From positions 21,018,001 to 21,082,000 of the forward strand of contig OZ116701.1 in assembly GCA_964199315.1 (NCBI GenBank): a DNA stretch of 64,000 nucleotides, read 5' to 3'. This document shows positions 38,212 through 48,661 of this stretch, piece by piece (position 1 is the first letter of the stretch; each line of letters opens with the position of its first letter). The translations under genes and the position numbers were made by a program. The notes under the pieces are model-generated. The model worked only from the letters and a program-made list of their open reading frames with translations, was not told the DNA's origin and did no database searches. This DNA is from Orbicella franksi. Lineage: Eukaryota.

Positions 38212-38859
38212 ATGAATAAGTCATCTGGCGTGTCCATGTCGGTCCATCAGCAGTCTTTCAACAAGATGCACCTGGCTGGACTGGTGTCTTGATGTATCGT
38301 TAACGGCCTTGTAGCCATTTTAGCCATCTTCGGCAACTCTCTAGTCATAGCAGCCTTTATCTGTTTTAAGAAGCTTAGAACGCGCACCACCTACTTTGTC
38401 GTTGGACTTGCAGCTGCTGACGTCCTGGTGGGCCTTTTGTCGATAGCATTCTGGACGGCGACTTTGGTCTCAATTTGGCTTGAGAGTGTGTCCTGGATGA
38501 GTAATTCATTGTTGTACAGAGCATTTATCGCCCTGGATGTCGTCTCTGGCATCGCTTCCATTCTCCATTTGCTGCTGATAAGCTTGGAGAGGTTGTACGC
38601 TATTGGCTGGCCCGTCAGGCACCGAGTGTCTTCGAGGCGTTCTTACTTGTTATCAGCATCCATGGCATGATGTATCACGCTCGGTGCAGCAGCTATGTTT
38701 GTTCCAGACAAGAATCTCACCCATTTTTCACGATTTCTGGTGTTACAGCTTTGCTTTTTCATTCCCTTGACATAGATCTGCATCACAAATATCATAATTG
38801 AGCTTATCGTGAAGCGTCGCGTCGCGACATTCCCCACTAAGGACAGTAAGCCTTTTTAA
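38212..38859 (+). pseudogene. Class A GPCR pseudogene (TM1-TM5, three in-frame premature stops, no TM6-7 found)
   Basis: Single frame from ATG 38212: ...LVS*CIVNGLVAILAIFGNSLV...RTRTTYFVVGLAAADVLVG...LDVVSGIASILHLLLISLERLYAIGWPVRHR...SMA*CITLG...FFIPLT*IC...; stops TGA 38290, TGA 38668, TAG 38773, TAA 38857. Clear paralog of the 8.8 kb and 62.2 kb genes. Confidence 0.9.
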
Positions 38860-40500
38860 AGTGAAAAATAGATCTCCACAGCAAGGCCGGTATTCATTAG
38901 CGAAAAACGTCCACAAAAAAGCTAGAGATTTTAATCACATTGTGGAAGTGTAAGGCTTGTCAAACTCGTGGACTTTGTAGCTGGAGTTGGATATCGAGGG
39001 GCTTGGTTGTTCACTTGGTTAACTTTAGCGCAGGTTCCCTTTTTCACCCAAGACCAATAAGTTAATAAGAGTAGACCTGATTTGTATTTGTAGCAACAAA
39101 ATTCAAAAAAGTGTAAGTGAGAACAAAAAGAAATGAGATCATAGTGATCAGAGCCCGGCTGTTGGCTCGATTATTTATAAACAGTTGATAAACAGTGATT
39201 GGCTCTTGATCATGGACATAATTGTTTGTTCCAAACGATTGGAAGAAAGAAACATGAAATGTAGATCAGCCGGTCAATCTGCAAACTTCAAAAGCAATTA
39301 TGAAATAAAGGAAAATGGTAGCCTAACTTGAAAATAACTTTTTCAAATTGGCAAACTTAAACAATTGCCACCATGATATTTTGGCTAAGAAGACACATCC
39401 GTAATGTATTTCGCTGCGACGGGTGACTAGTTTGCTTTTACTCAATCCGCTATTTGCTTTCAATGGAAACTGAATTATTCTATTTCCTCCTCAGTTGTTT
39501 GATGCCAGCTCTGGTCTGAGAATCTGATCAATTCACAAAGGACTCCGGTGGGGTAAATTTTATTTTTTCAAGAATTGTTGTCATTAAGAATTCAAGGCGC
39601 CAAGCTGACATGCAACACGACGTTTGTTACTCTGACCCTCTCTCAGCCAATCAACAGGTAGCAACTACTGTTACTCTCAAGCGTTAACCGGCGGTCACAA
39701 GTTTTCACTTTAGCAGACACTGGATTTAGCGAATTTAGTGGTATCGATTTTATTAAAGTATCCTTAAACAGTTTTAGTCGAGATTGCCAAAATCAGTTTA
39801 AAGATTTAATAAACCTCGTTTGTAGTCGGCAAACCGAATGAAAACTTAACTACTGTAAAAGTGCAGGCAGAAGTCCAATCCAGTAGAATCATCATATGTG
39901 CGGATAGTTTTTAAATTTATTGTAGGACTTTCACAGTAGAAGTCTGTACGGTGCTGGGGCCCACCAATCCCTTATTCTTCTTATTCCAAAATGAACGAGG
40001 AAGATTAACATTCCCTTCAAATTGATAAAAGTATCTCAAATTAAAATATTAAGGAGTCCATTACTTTATTATTATTTCTTTTTGGTATTGCACATGGACG
40101 TAATTAATCTCATAAACCTTACCACGAATTCAGTTACTGGGTACTGCTAACAAGTAATGCGCCATCCATTCCTGATTACGACGAAAACCGTCTTGCACCT
40201 GTAAGGTATGTTGAAAATTGGTTATAGGTTAGTTACGAAGAAATTCTAGGTGAATATAATCAATGCAAAATATACTTGATTTGCTTTCTGACTCCACTCC
40301 AGTGGTCAAAGAACTCTATTGGTTCCCTGTGAAATCACACAATGACGTACTCTTTTACTTTAGCTAATCGCTAAGGAGCCCGCTCAGAACTACATTTTGT
40401 TTCACCTAATGGCGACGAATCAATTGTCTGCTGCGCTCTTACGCAAACGACTTTTTCGTAGTTTATTTTCTATTTTTGAGTTGGGAGGTATAATCAAAAC

Positions 40501-40617
40501 CTTAATGACTGGCCCCGCGGGAAACAGTGAGTTTTGTTTCTCCTCGACCTCAATTAAAGAACATTGAGGGTCTCGGGGAAGTAAAACTCACAGTTTCTCT
40601 TAGGGCCAATCATTAAG
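40501..40617. repeat. Imperfect palindrome (fold-back core of an interspersed repeat)
   Basis: cttaatgactggccc..gaaacagtgagttttgtttc / gaagtaaaactcacagtttc..gggccaatcattaag. Confidence 0.75.
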
Positions 40618-40999
40618 TGCTTATTGTTTACGCAACTTTGTCATTGAATTAGCTTACGTGCCGTCTACATACCATTCGTAAAAAAATCTAACGAGCGAAC
40701 GAGCGAGTAACTCAGGTACTAGACAAAGATGTATTAAAGAACAGATTTATTTCGAACTACTTTACGTTAGTTGCATTTAGTTCACCAGTTACGTTCTCCA
40801 GAAGTGTTTTTCCGGTGTGAAATTTCGTGCAAAGTTTGAAGTTCTAATCAACAATGATTTAGATAAACATATACAGGCAAAAACTAACGATAGATAAATC
40901 CGACGTTTCGGGGACATCTTGGCGCCATTGTCAAGGGAAACTAATTAAATATGCGATTTCAAGAGTAACTAAGAGTTCAGAGTTTCTAATTTGCATAAG

Positions 41000-41740
41000 T
41001 TAGACAAAGACTTTAGCGCGAACTGAGTCTGATTGTACATTTAAACACGGTCGTAATTGTTTAATGAGTAACATCTCATTAATGAGACAATCAAACTTGT
41101 TGTGGCATTTTTTCAACACGCTAAAACAATTGCGAAGGTCATCCGGAATCCTGCCTGCGTGTCTACTATCATAGTGATTGCGTACTGACGAGGTCTTGCT
41201 TCTATGTCCATCAACGCGTACGAACAGATGGCCACAGGTGTAACCGACATAACCAGCATCGCACTGGTCACACTTGAAGTTATACACAACAAATTGTTGA
41301 TCAATGAGCTGAGGCTTAGGTTCGCTTGTCGGGAACTCCTGGGCAATCTTGCGGCTCGTAAACACCGGTTGAACACTGGTCTGCAGCTTCACACTGAGAT
41401 CTTTCAACTGTGTCTTCACGATATTAGCAGACTCCTGGTCTTTAAAGGGTATGACAACCCGAGTAGTGTTTTCTGTCGTAGATCTGGACCGTAATGAGGG
41501 CTGGTCAGCGACCTTTAAATTTAGGAAGGTTTTGACAGTGGAGTCAACAAGGTGCTTGGGATATTTCAGTTTAGAGAAAACAGACTTCAGTCGTTCGCAC
41601 TCCTCAGTGAAGTAGGACCATGACGAAGACAGGCGATGTGCGCGATCGAGCATAGTTGTCAATAGTCCGCGCTTGTACCTATTATCGACATGACTGTGGT
41701 AATGGAGAAGCAGACCACTGTTTGTTGGCTTCACAAACAC
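41000..41740 (-). pseudogene. Penelope-like RT thumb / GIY-YIG endonuclease ORF remnant
   Basis: 246-codon open stretch starting at GTG directly after an in-frame TAA (41741-41743); the catalytic RT core is absent because of 5' truncation. Confidence 0.85.
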
Positions 41741-41930
41741 TTAAGTTTCAATACGAGGCGCTCTGTTTAGGAGTTGAGTACCGAGAAAGGGAAGCATTCC
41801 ATCATTTTCGACCTCCATAGTAAAGTTGATGGCGGGGTGAGCGTGGTTGAGGGTGTTAAGAAAGTCCCTAGCTGTGGACAAATGAACTCTGAACTCTTAG
41901 TTACTCTTGAAATCGCATATTTAATTAGTT

Positions 41931-41970
41931 TCCCTTGACAATGGCGCCAAGATGTCGCCGAAACGTCGGA
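41931..41970 (+). ncRNA. Minimal type I hammerhead-like motif (U3-A8 variant) in Penelope terminal repeat; second copy on the minus strand at about 40899-40938
   Basis: ttgacaa-t-ggcg-ccaagatgt-cgcc-gaa-ac-gtc: core UUGACAA, stem II GGCG/CGCC, GAAA, palindromic ACGU helix III, GUC triplet. The minus-strand copy has a stem II mismatch. Confidence 0.6.
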
Positions 41971-43605
41971 TTTATCTATCGTTAGTTTTTGCCTGTATAA
42001 GTTTGAAGTTGTACTACAAAAACAATTTCTGTCAGTCGTTGCGAAATCAGTCGAAATCAGACTCTTCTACCGTAAATTGAGTAGCAGATAGCGAGGAAAT
42101 TCGTAAAGTGTACTCCACCGAAATTCTGTCAAATGCAGCAATGATCAGTGAGGTAAACTCGACTGAAATTGACTCATTTTTTACTTAAAATTGTACAGAG
42201 AGAGACACACAGGTTTACGCGCCATTACAGCGCCGAGCTACAAAGAGCCAAACAAACTCTCACAACTTCAAAAAAACTCAATTAAATCTACTGACAGTGA
42301 ATTTCCTTGCCATTTAGAGGTGAATCGTCTATGAGGTGTAAAAAGGGCGAAAGATTGACGATTACCGCTAATTCGTTCACGAAAATAGATCAACTCGACG
42401 GATTCCGTCCGCTGTGGCGGTCCGGATGACAAAATTACGCCTGCTACAAGAACCAATTAGATTCCAGGAATTGTTGAATTTCGCCCGCTCACGAGCTGAG
42501 AAAAAGATAAAACTCATTATTGTATTCTTGAAACGACTAGCGGTTAAAATATTCAAATAATCAATTCATTAACGAAATCTTGAGGGGTACACGTCGCTTG
42601 GTTTGACTCACAAATGTTGACATTGTTGTGAGATTTGATGTATTCGTAAAGAACTTTCTAAGTTTCTTTTGAGATAAGATAAGATAACTTTATTATAACT
42701 TAGTTTATAATTCACACATTGTCTTTTGTTATCCACTGACCCATATTTATCTTACAACGCGTGTGAATAGTAAACTAATTGAAAGTGGGTGGAGGACCTG
42801 ATGGAGCAGGGCAAATGAATTGAATTGATCGATTAGTAAGGGATTTATACATATAAATCCCTTTTGTAAGGGAATTACGCAGATTATGTATTGTGGTCTA
42901 TGAAATGTTGTAGTTTGTAATTAATACAAGCTCTTTCTGACGAAATCAAATACGTTAACTACTTCAGTATGTCACGATAGGGTTTGATTGACTGTAACTT
43001 TCAGATTAATTATGTAATATTAGACACCCGCTGTGCTAACCATTCAAATTGTAAGGCCACGCATTAGAGCTTACCAGTTTCCCCAGTGAATTAATTCTTC
43101 TAATTACAGCATTGTCAACTTGGAATCGACAACATGGTTCGCATTATCGAAAACATGGCATTACGGTATTCCTATACATTAACCCTTTTCTTGACAACTT
43201 GTCTGGAATTTGGTTCCGCCGAACAACTTCGTATGCAGTGTGTTGGAGCTGTCGGTACTTTGCTCTTCATAAAATCTTTTAGCTGTTTCTGTCGAGTTTC
43301 ACTTCATACGTTTTGGCCTACTTGACAGACTGACAAAACCAACGACGCGTGCAACCGCTTCTTGTCAACATCAGACAAGGCAAAGAAAACAGCGTGCAAT
43401 CCAAACAACCTTGTGTTATTCAAATGACTTAGTCTTCGAGTCAAATCCGGACGATCTCTTCATTTGTCAGAGAGCCACACAATGGTAACAATGTCAGGTG
43501 ACGAGACAAAAAGTATTTTGCTTCCTGCTGGAGCCCAAAAACATGGTACTATAAATTTGCAAGCTTTTCCGCGTCCTCTTGGGCTTTGTATAATGTTCTT
43601 ATTAA

Positions 43606-43942
43606 AGAGCTTAAGCAAACCACGACGACGGTTTTAATGAGGAAAACAATAGCTGTGCTCGTGCGTTATAAATCTTGGTACATTTCTTTGTCGTCCTCTG
43701 CAAAACAACAACGTGAAATGACTTAGTTTTGCGTATTTTGGAGAACTCGAACGACGGCGGCTAATTTGTCGTATTTTTAGTTGAAATTGAACGTTGGCGT
43801 TACATATTTAGCTTGAGTAAATTTTGAGACCGATAGTCGCACTGAAACGACTTACACAATTGAGAAATTCGAAGGTAAAATATAGATTTAGTTTTCTCTA
43901 GGCGTTATCCTCGGGGTCGCCGTCGTCATTACTTAAGCTCCC
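43606..43942. mobile_element. MITE (~340 bp) with imperfect TIRs, PIF/Harbinger-like
   Basis: agagcttaagcaaaccacgacgacgg / ccgtcgtcattacttaagctccc; family assignment is inferred from the ends only. Confidence 0.65.
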
Positions 43943-45328
43943 AATTAAACCACGAAATATGTCAGATAAATACTTCGAACGTCGGTTTTAATCCATATAC
44001 ATGATCAGGATTAATACCTCCTTTGAGATATTAATAGACTTTGTACATCCTTAGCCTCGTGCTCATGTTTCCAGACAAAGGATTTTTCACATGAATGTGA
44101 GGCTTAGGATGTATAAGTATTATTATTCATATGTCGGCGCCATTTATGCATAGGGTCTATGTCTCACATAAAGCGTGAGCCAAACCCTTTTTACCAAAGC
44201 GCGGTAATGGTGGTAAATAACACAACGATGCTCACTGCGGAGCTAATATCCACGGCACATTTCATCAACTCAAAGAAGTACTCACGATAGCCAGGTATGA
44301 AAAAGAAAGAGTCTGGTCAGCCTCGTTTCCAGGATCTCCATTCCTCCCGCCTCGCTTTGGGGAGAAACGACCCTGGGACCTAAGTTGGAAAGCACTATGA
44401 CGTCACGAAAATTTAAATCCTTAGATTATTGACCTAACAAGGTTCTTCGTTTCATATGTTGAACGCATCATACTCAATCATACTCATCAATCTCTGTGTA
44501 AATGATCATGTTGACAAAGTGCCTTGCGTCAGAGATCAAAGGCTTTGAAATCTGTGACGGCCCTGCTCAACTTATTTCTCAAATGTCACAAAATATAATA
44601 CCTTGGGGCTATTTTAAGGTTTCAAATATGATAAATATTTAAAAGTGATATCCAAAAGCTTTGAAGCTAATTTTAATAATAAAATTGAAAACCTTTCCAT
44701 ACTTCTTACATACCTAAGGTATTGAAGTGTTGCCGGGTGAAGGTTCCAACCACAGAAAATTTTTAAAAAAAACAAATTCTTTTCCAAGTACGTATTTAAA
44801 AAAGAAATACAACTGGGCAATTTGCTTTTTTTCCAGTTACATAAAGTGCGCAATTTTTTTTCGTGGAAACAGATTGACATTTTTCTTTGATAACAGTGGT
44901 TCGACTCATTTGAAAAATAAGAAGCAACTTTTGATAACTGTCCGTTTTCTCGACGGTAAATTAATTCCAAATTATTCCAAAGCTCGGTTCCCCGACACTT
45001 TCGCCATCTTTCTGTTGCCCTAAATAAGACAACAGACTTGCGAAGTGACCAACAGCAAGATCAAGCTGTGATACTCATGAGGGCCAAACTTCAAAATTTG
45101 GAAAAATTATCCCCAATTTTTCACAGTTTCATTTTCAATATCATACTGCAAGGCGCACTGGAAGCGACGCGGTATGGTAAAGAAATGTTACGTGCAAACA
45201 TACCTCAAATATTCTTTGTAAAACAGAAACCAGCTGAAAGTTTGAGACAGTAGACCCACAACACCTTTTTGCAGGGTATTTAGAATCCTTTCTGTAATGT
45301 TTCTTATACTTACCTCCAACGGATATAT

Positions 45329-46040
45329 ATGTTATTTGCCGGCTTGGAGGTCCGTATGGTGAAAAACTGTGACCGAGGTCTTGAAAATGCTGCCCGAGGC
45401 CTGCGGCCTCGGGCAGCATTTTCAAGCCCGAGGTCACAGTTTTTCACTATACGGACCGACCTAAGCCGGCAAATAACATGTTTATTTTTTTCTCCTGCAG
45501 TAAATTAGTTTTACAGATTACAAATGGGTTTGTTTACGTAACTCTTGTCACTGAATCGGCTTCCGCGCCGTCTACTAACGATTTGTAAAAAACCTCGGTA
45601 ACGAGCGAGTAACTCAGATCGTAGACAAAGAAAGATGTATTAAAGAACAGATTTTTTTCGAACTACTTTATGTTAGTTGCATTTATTTCACCAGTTAAAT
45701 TCTCAAAAATTGTTTTTGCGGGGTGAAATTTCGTACGAAGTTTGAAGTTTTCAGTACAAAAACAATTTCTGTCAGTCGTTACTTTTAAAATCACTTGAAA
45801 TCAGACTTTTCTACCGTAAATTGAATAGCAGAAAGCGAGGAAATTCGTTAAATGTATTCCACAGAAATTCTCCTAAATACAGCAACCGGATCAGAGAGGT
45901 AAACTCGACTGAAATTGACTCAAATTTTATGGCGAGAGAAACACAGGATTACGCGCCATTACAGCGCCAAGCTAAAAACAACCAAACAAACTCTCACAAC
46001 TTCAAAACACTCAGTTGAATTTACTTACAGTGACTTTCCT
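45329..46040 (+). mobile_element. Interspersed repeat with a 151-bp palindrome, inserted into a duplicated block
   Basis: Imperfect inverted repeat 45329-45479 centred on cgaggcc-tgc-ggcctcg; 45570-46040 homologous to 40655-40843 plus 42000-42310. Confidence 0.75.
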
Positions 46041-47144
46041 TTCCAAGGACCACATTGAATTAACAGCTTGTTGCCCTTATTAATGGCGCTTCCTTGGCTA
46101 ATTGCGTGGCCAAGCCTGAGATGATGGCTAGGTCAACATATTTTGTCTTGAAGTTGATGATATTCCTCTGAGATGCCGTTCTAATCTCATCAGCGCGAGA
46201 TATAAGAACTTCCGCGGAAGGTTTTGTTTTTCAAATAGTTGTTTAGTCTCGACTGGCATTAATATGCTTTTGGACTCAATTAAACATAATGTCTCCTTTC
46301 AAAAATGAAATTAATTTATCGATCGCCCATAAGAAGCGCGTTCGAGGGAGCAAACTGGTAGAGAAATGCTCAGGATGTGAGCTTATGCCCGGTTATTGGC
46401 AGAGGGCTTCGTCTGCAGTTCGATGCAGTGGGTACAAAAAAACTGTACAAAACAAAACAAAGTAAACACATATTCCAAAACTGGAACACTCTTTCACCAA
46501 CGGGCAGAATACATCAAAGTCTTGAGATAATTTGTCTCAAATAACGAAGCCGACACGAAATATAGCAAAACGTCTGCAATACTGCAAGTTTTATATGCAG
46601 ATTGATGGATACTTTTAGCATAACTTTTACTGTAATTTTTGATTGGCAAAAATGAATTATCTTTGTCAGTGTCGTATCAAAACGGACGTAGCTTTATAGC
46701 TACGTCAACCATGAGTGGATTTCACAGTCTTGCTTCAATAATTGAGGTGTTTCGGGACAAAAAGCGCGATCCATCAATACTTGATATTTAGACAAACAAC
46801 ACGTTATTTAAAATAACGTGTTACAGAAGCTGAAATGAATCACGAAAGAATACATGAAAAGTAGGAGCCTTTAATTGGTGAAAATGAGAGTGATTAAATA
46901 TAAGAGACAAAGCAAAGATGACAAAAATACAGATAGGATGGCACTTCAATGGCTCCGCTAAACACCATAGTTAAAAACTTAATAGAGGGGAATGGTTATG
47001 AAACCCAACAAAGTTCTTTGTTGTATGTTTTTGTTCGGTTTTTTGGTCTTGACCATAGTTAATTGTGCACGGTCCTGGACCTTCCAACATAAATCTTGAA
47101 ATCTTTGTTTGCTCCTTTGATGTTTGCCGCCTTCAAAAATTAAC

Positions 47145-47765
47145 TACCTTATTACATGAAATTTTCGCGACACGTTAATTTCGCGATTTTGAGGTTCGCA
47201 TATTTCGCGACACCTTAATTTCGCGATTTTGCGAAAATTTTGCATTTTGACTCACTTTAATTTCGCGTTTTTGAGTGAGACACACTATATTTCTTCGTCA
47301 ATGTTATTTAAGATGTCCCTGAATTTGATCAAACAAATTAATCAACAACGTCCAAGTAAACAGAAACGCAACCTGATTGTTTAAACAGTAAAAAGAAAGA
47401 TGTTCTCACAGTGTCTACAAGGCAATTGAAAGGTTTAAGCAACTAGTGGAACAGCACTACAAGGAGCCAGTAAATGGACAGTTCGAGGATTGTACAAAAG
47501 AAATGCTACCTGGAGTGGAGACGGAAAGCAGTAGTGATGAAGAGGACCAGAACATTACCACAGAATAGTTCAAAATGATTGTTATAAACGTGTGTAATGG
47601 CAATGAAGTCGCTTTTTTAATTATTGACGTAATGTGAGTCACTTAATTTTCGCATCATGTTAATTTCGCGACATTTAATTTTCGCGTCACTTAAATTTCC
47701 CAATTTTTTTTAAATCGCGAAATTCGCGAGATTAACGTGTCGTGAAAATTTCATGTAATAAGGTA
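47145..47765. mobile_element. MITE with ~42-bp TIRs, TA ends and subterminal TTTCGCGA repeats
   Basis: taccttattacatgaaattttcgcgacacgttaatttcgcga / tcgcgagattaacgtgtcgtgaaaatttcatgtaataaggta. Confidence 0.85.
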
Positions 47766-48252
47766 TGTAAAGACCAAGGTAATTAGTAAATTTTTATTAC
47801 TCTTAGTCTTACCTCCAGGGCACATCTGATACAGCGTGCAATTAACAACAACACATTAAAAAAAAAAAACTAGCACTGAAGAAATTAACCCTGATTGAAC
47901 TCGCTGACCCGTAAAGCATGTCTCATTACTCATTCTAAAATCTCCGGATACCAGTCGTTTGTTAAAGTAATTACATTTCCACAACTGCGCATCAAGGTAA
48001 TGGCTATATCAGTTGCAAAGGAAGAGATCCTCCATTTTGAATTAGGTTAATGGGAACCATTTGTCGTTCACAGGAGTCTACATTCACTTTCCCCTTACAG
48101 CTTACAGCTGTGCAGAATCTCTAACCTCTTTGCAGATTTTACTTATCTTAACACAAGTCATAATATGTCAGCTCCTCTATTACTGCGATAAGCACACGAT
48201 AAAAGTTCACCATTTTCTCCCAGATTGCCTGTCTCTCTCACTTTACTAAGCG

Positions 48253-48661
48253 CCCGGGGGGGGGGGGGAGTACTCCTTTATATAGGCTAAATAGGTATGT
48301 GCGACCCCAAAGGGTAGGGTTTTTCAGCCGTTTTGGTCATAAATAGGGTATCAACTTTGGCCATTTTGGTCACAAATAGGGTATGGCTTTTGCACTCATG
48401 TCTTGAATTGGGTACGTTTCTTAGAGGAAGCTACTTCTTTTATTATTATCGATAAGACCATCAACAAAAGCCCTTCATAACTTATGTTTAGGACAACTGT
48501 GCCAGACGCAACGGTGATAAATAGGGTATCCAATTTTTTGGTCAAGTCATAAAGGGTAGCAAAAATCGCAGATTTTGGTCAGAATTAGGGTAAGGGGTTT
48601 GGAAAGTGAGCCGCACACCCCCATCCAACTTTTCTGGGAGTACCTCCCCCCCCCCCCCGGG
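48253..48661. mobile_element. MITE with CCCGGG-G-tract-AGTAC TIRs
   Basis: cccggg(g)nagtactcc ... ggagtacct(c)ncggg; internal ttttggtca and atagggta repeats; no clear TSD. Confidence 0.85.

Larger units (their letters stand above)
40844..41999 (-). mobile_element. 5'-truncated Penelope-like retroelement (RT C-terminus plus GIY-YIG endonuclease) with inverted terminal repeats
   Basis: Frame DFLNTLNHAHPAINFTMEVENDGMLPFLG...IET*VFVKPTNSG...VVYNFKCDQCDAGYVGYT...EMLLIKQLRPCLNVQ; 115-bp inverted repeats 40870-40984 / 41885-41999 (1 mismatch); flanking duplication aagtttgaagtt (40832-40843, 41999-42010). Confidence 0.9.
40655..42310 (+). mobile_element. Interspersed repeat split by the Penelope-like insertion (host segments 40655-40843 and 42000-42310)
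   Basis: Joined halves align collinearly with the uninterrupted copy at 45570-46040. Confidence 0.8.

Noticed and set aside
38290-38670. UGA recoding (Trp or selenocysteine) rescuing the GPCR pseudogene
   Set aside because: A TAG also interrupts TM5, TM6-7 are missing, four other Trp codons are TGG, the paralogs use the standard code, the 3' context is not the UGA-CUAG readthrough type, and I saw no SECIS.
39001-39045. In-frame AWLFTWLTLAQVPFF as the missing TM6
   Set aside because: It lacks the WLP spacing, is separated by several stops, and no NPxxY follows.
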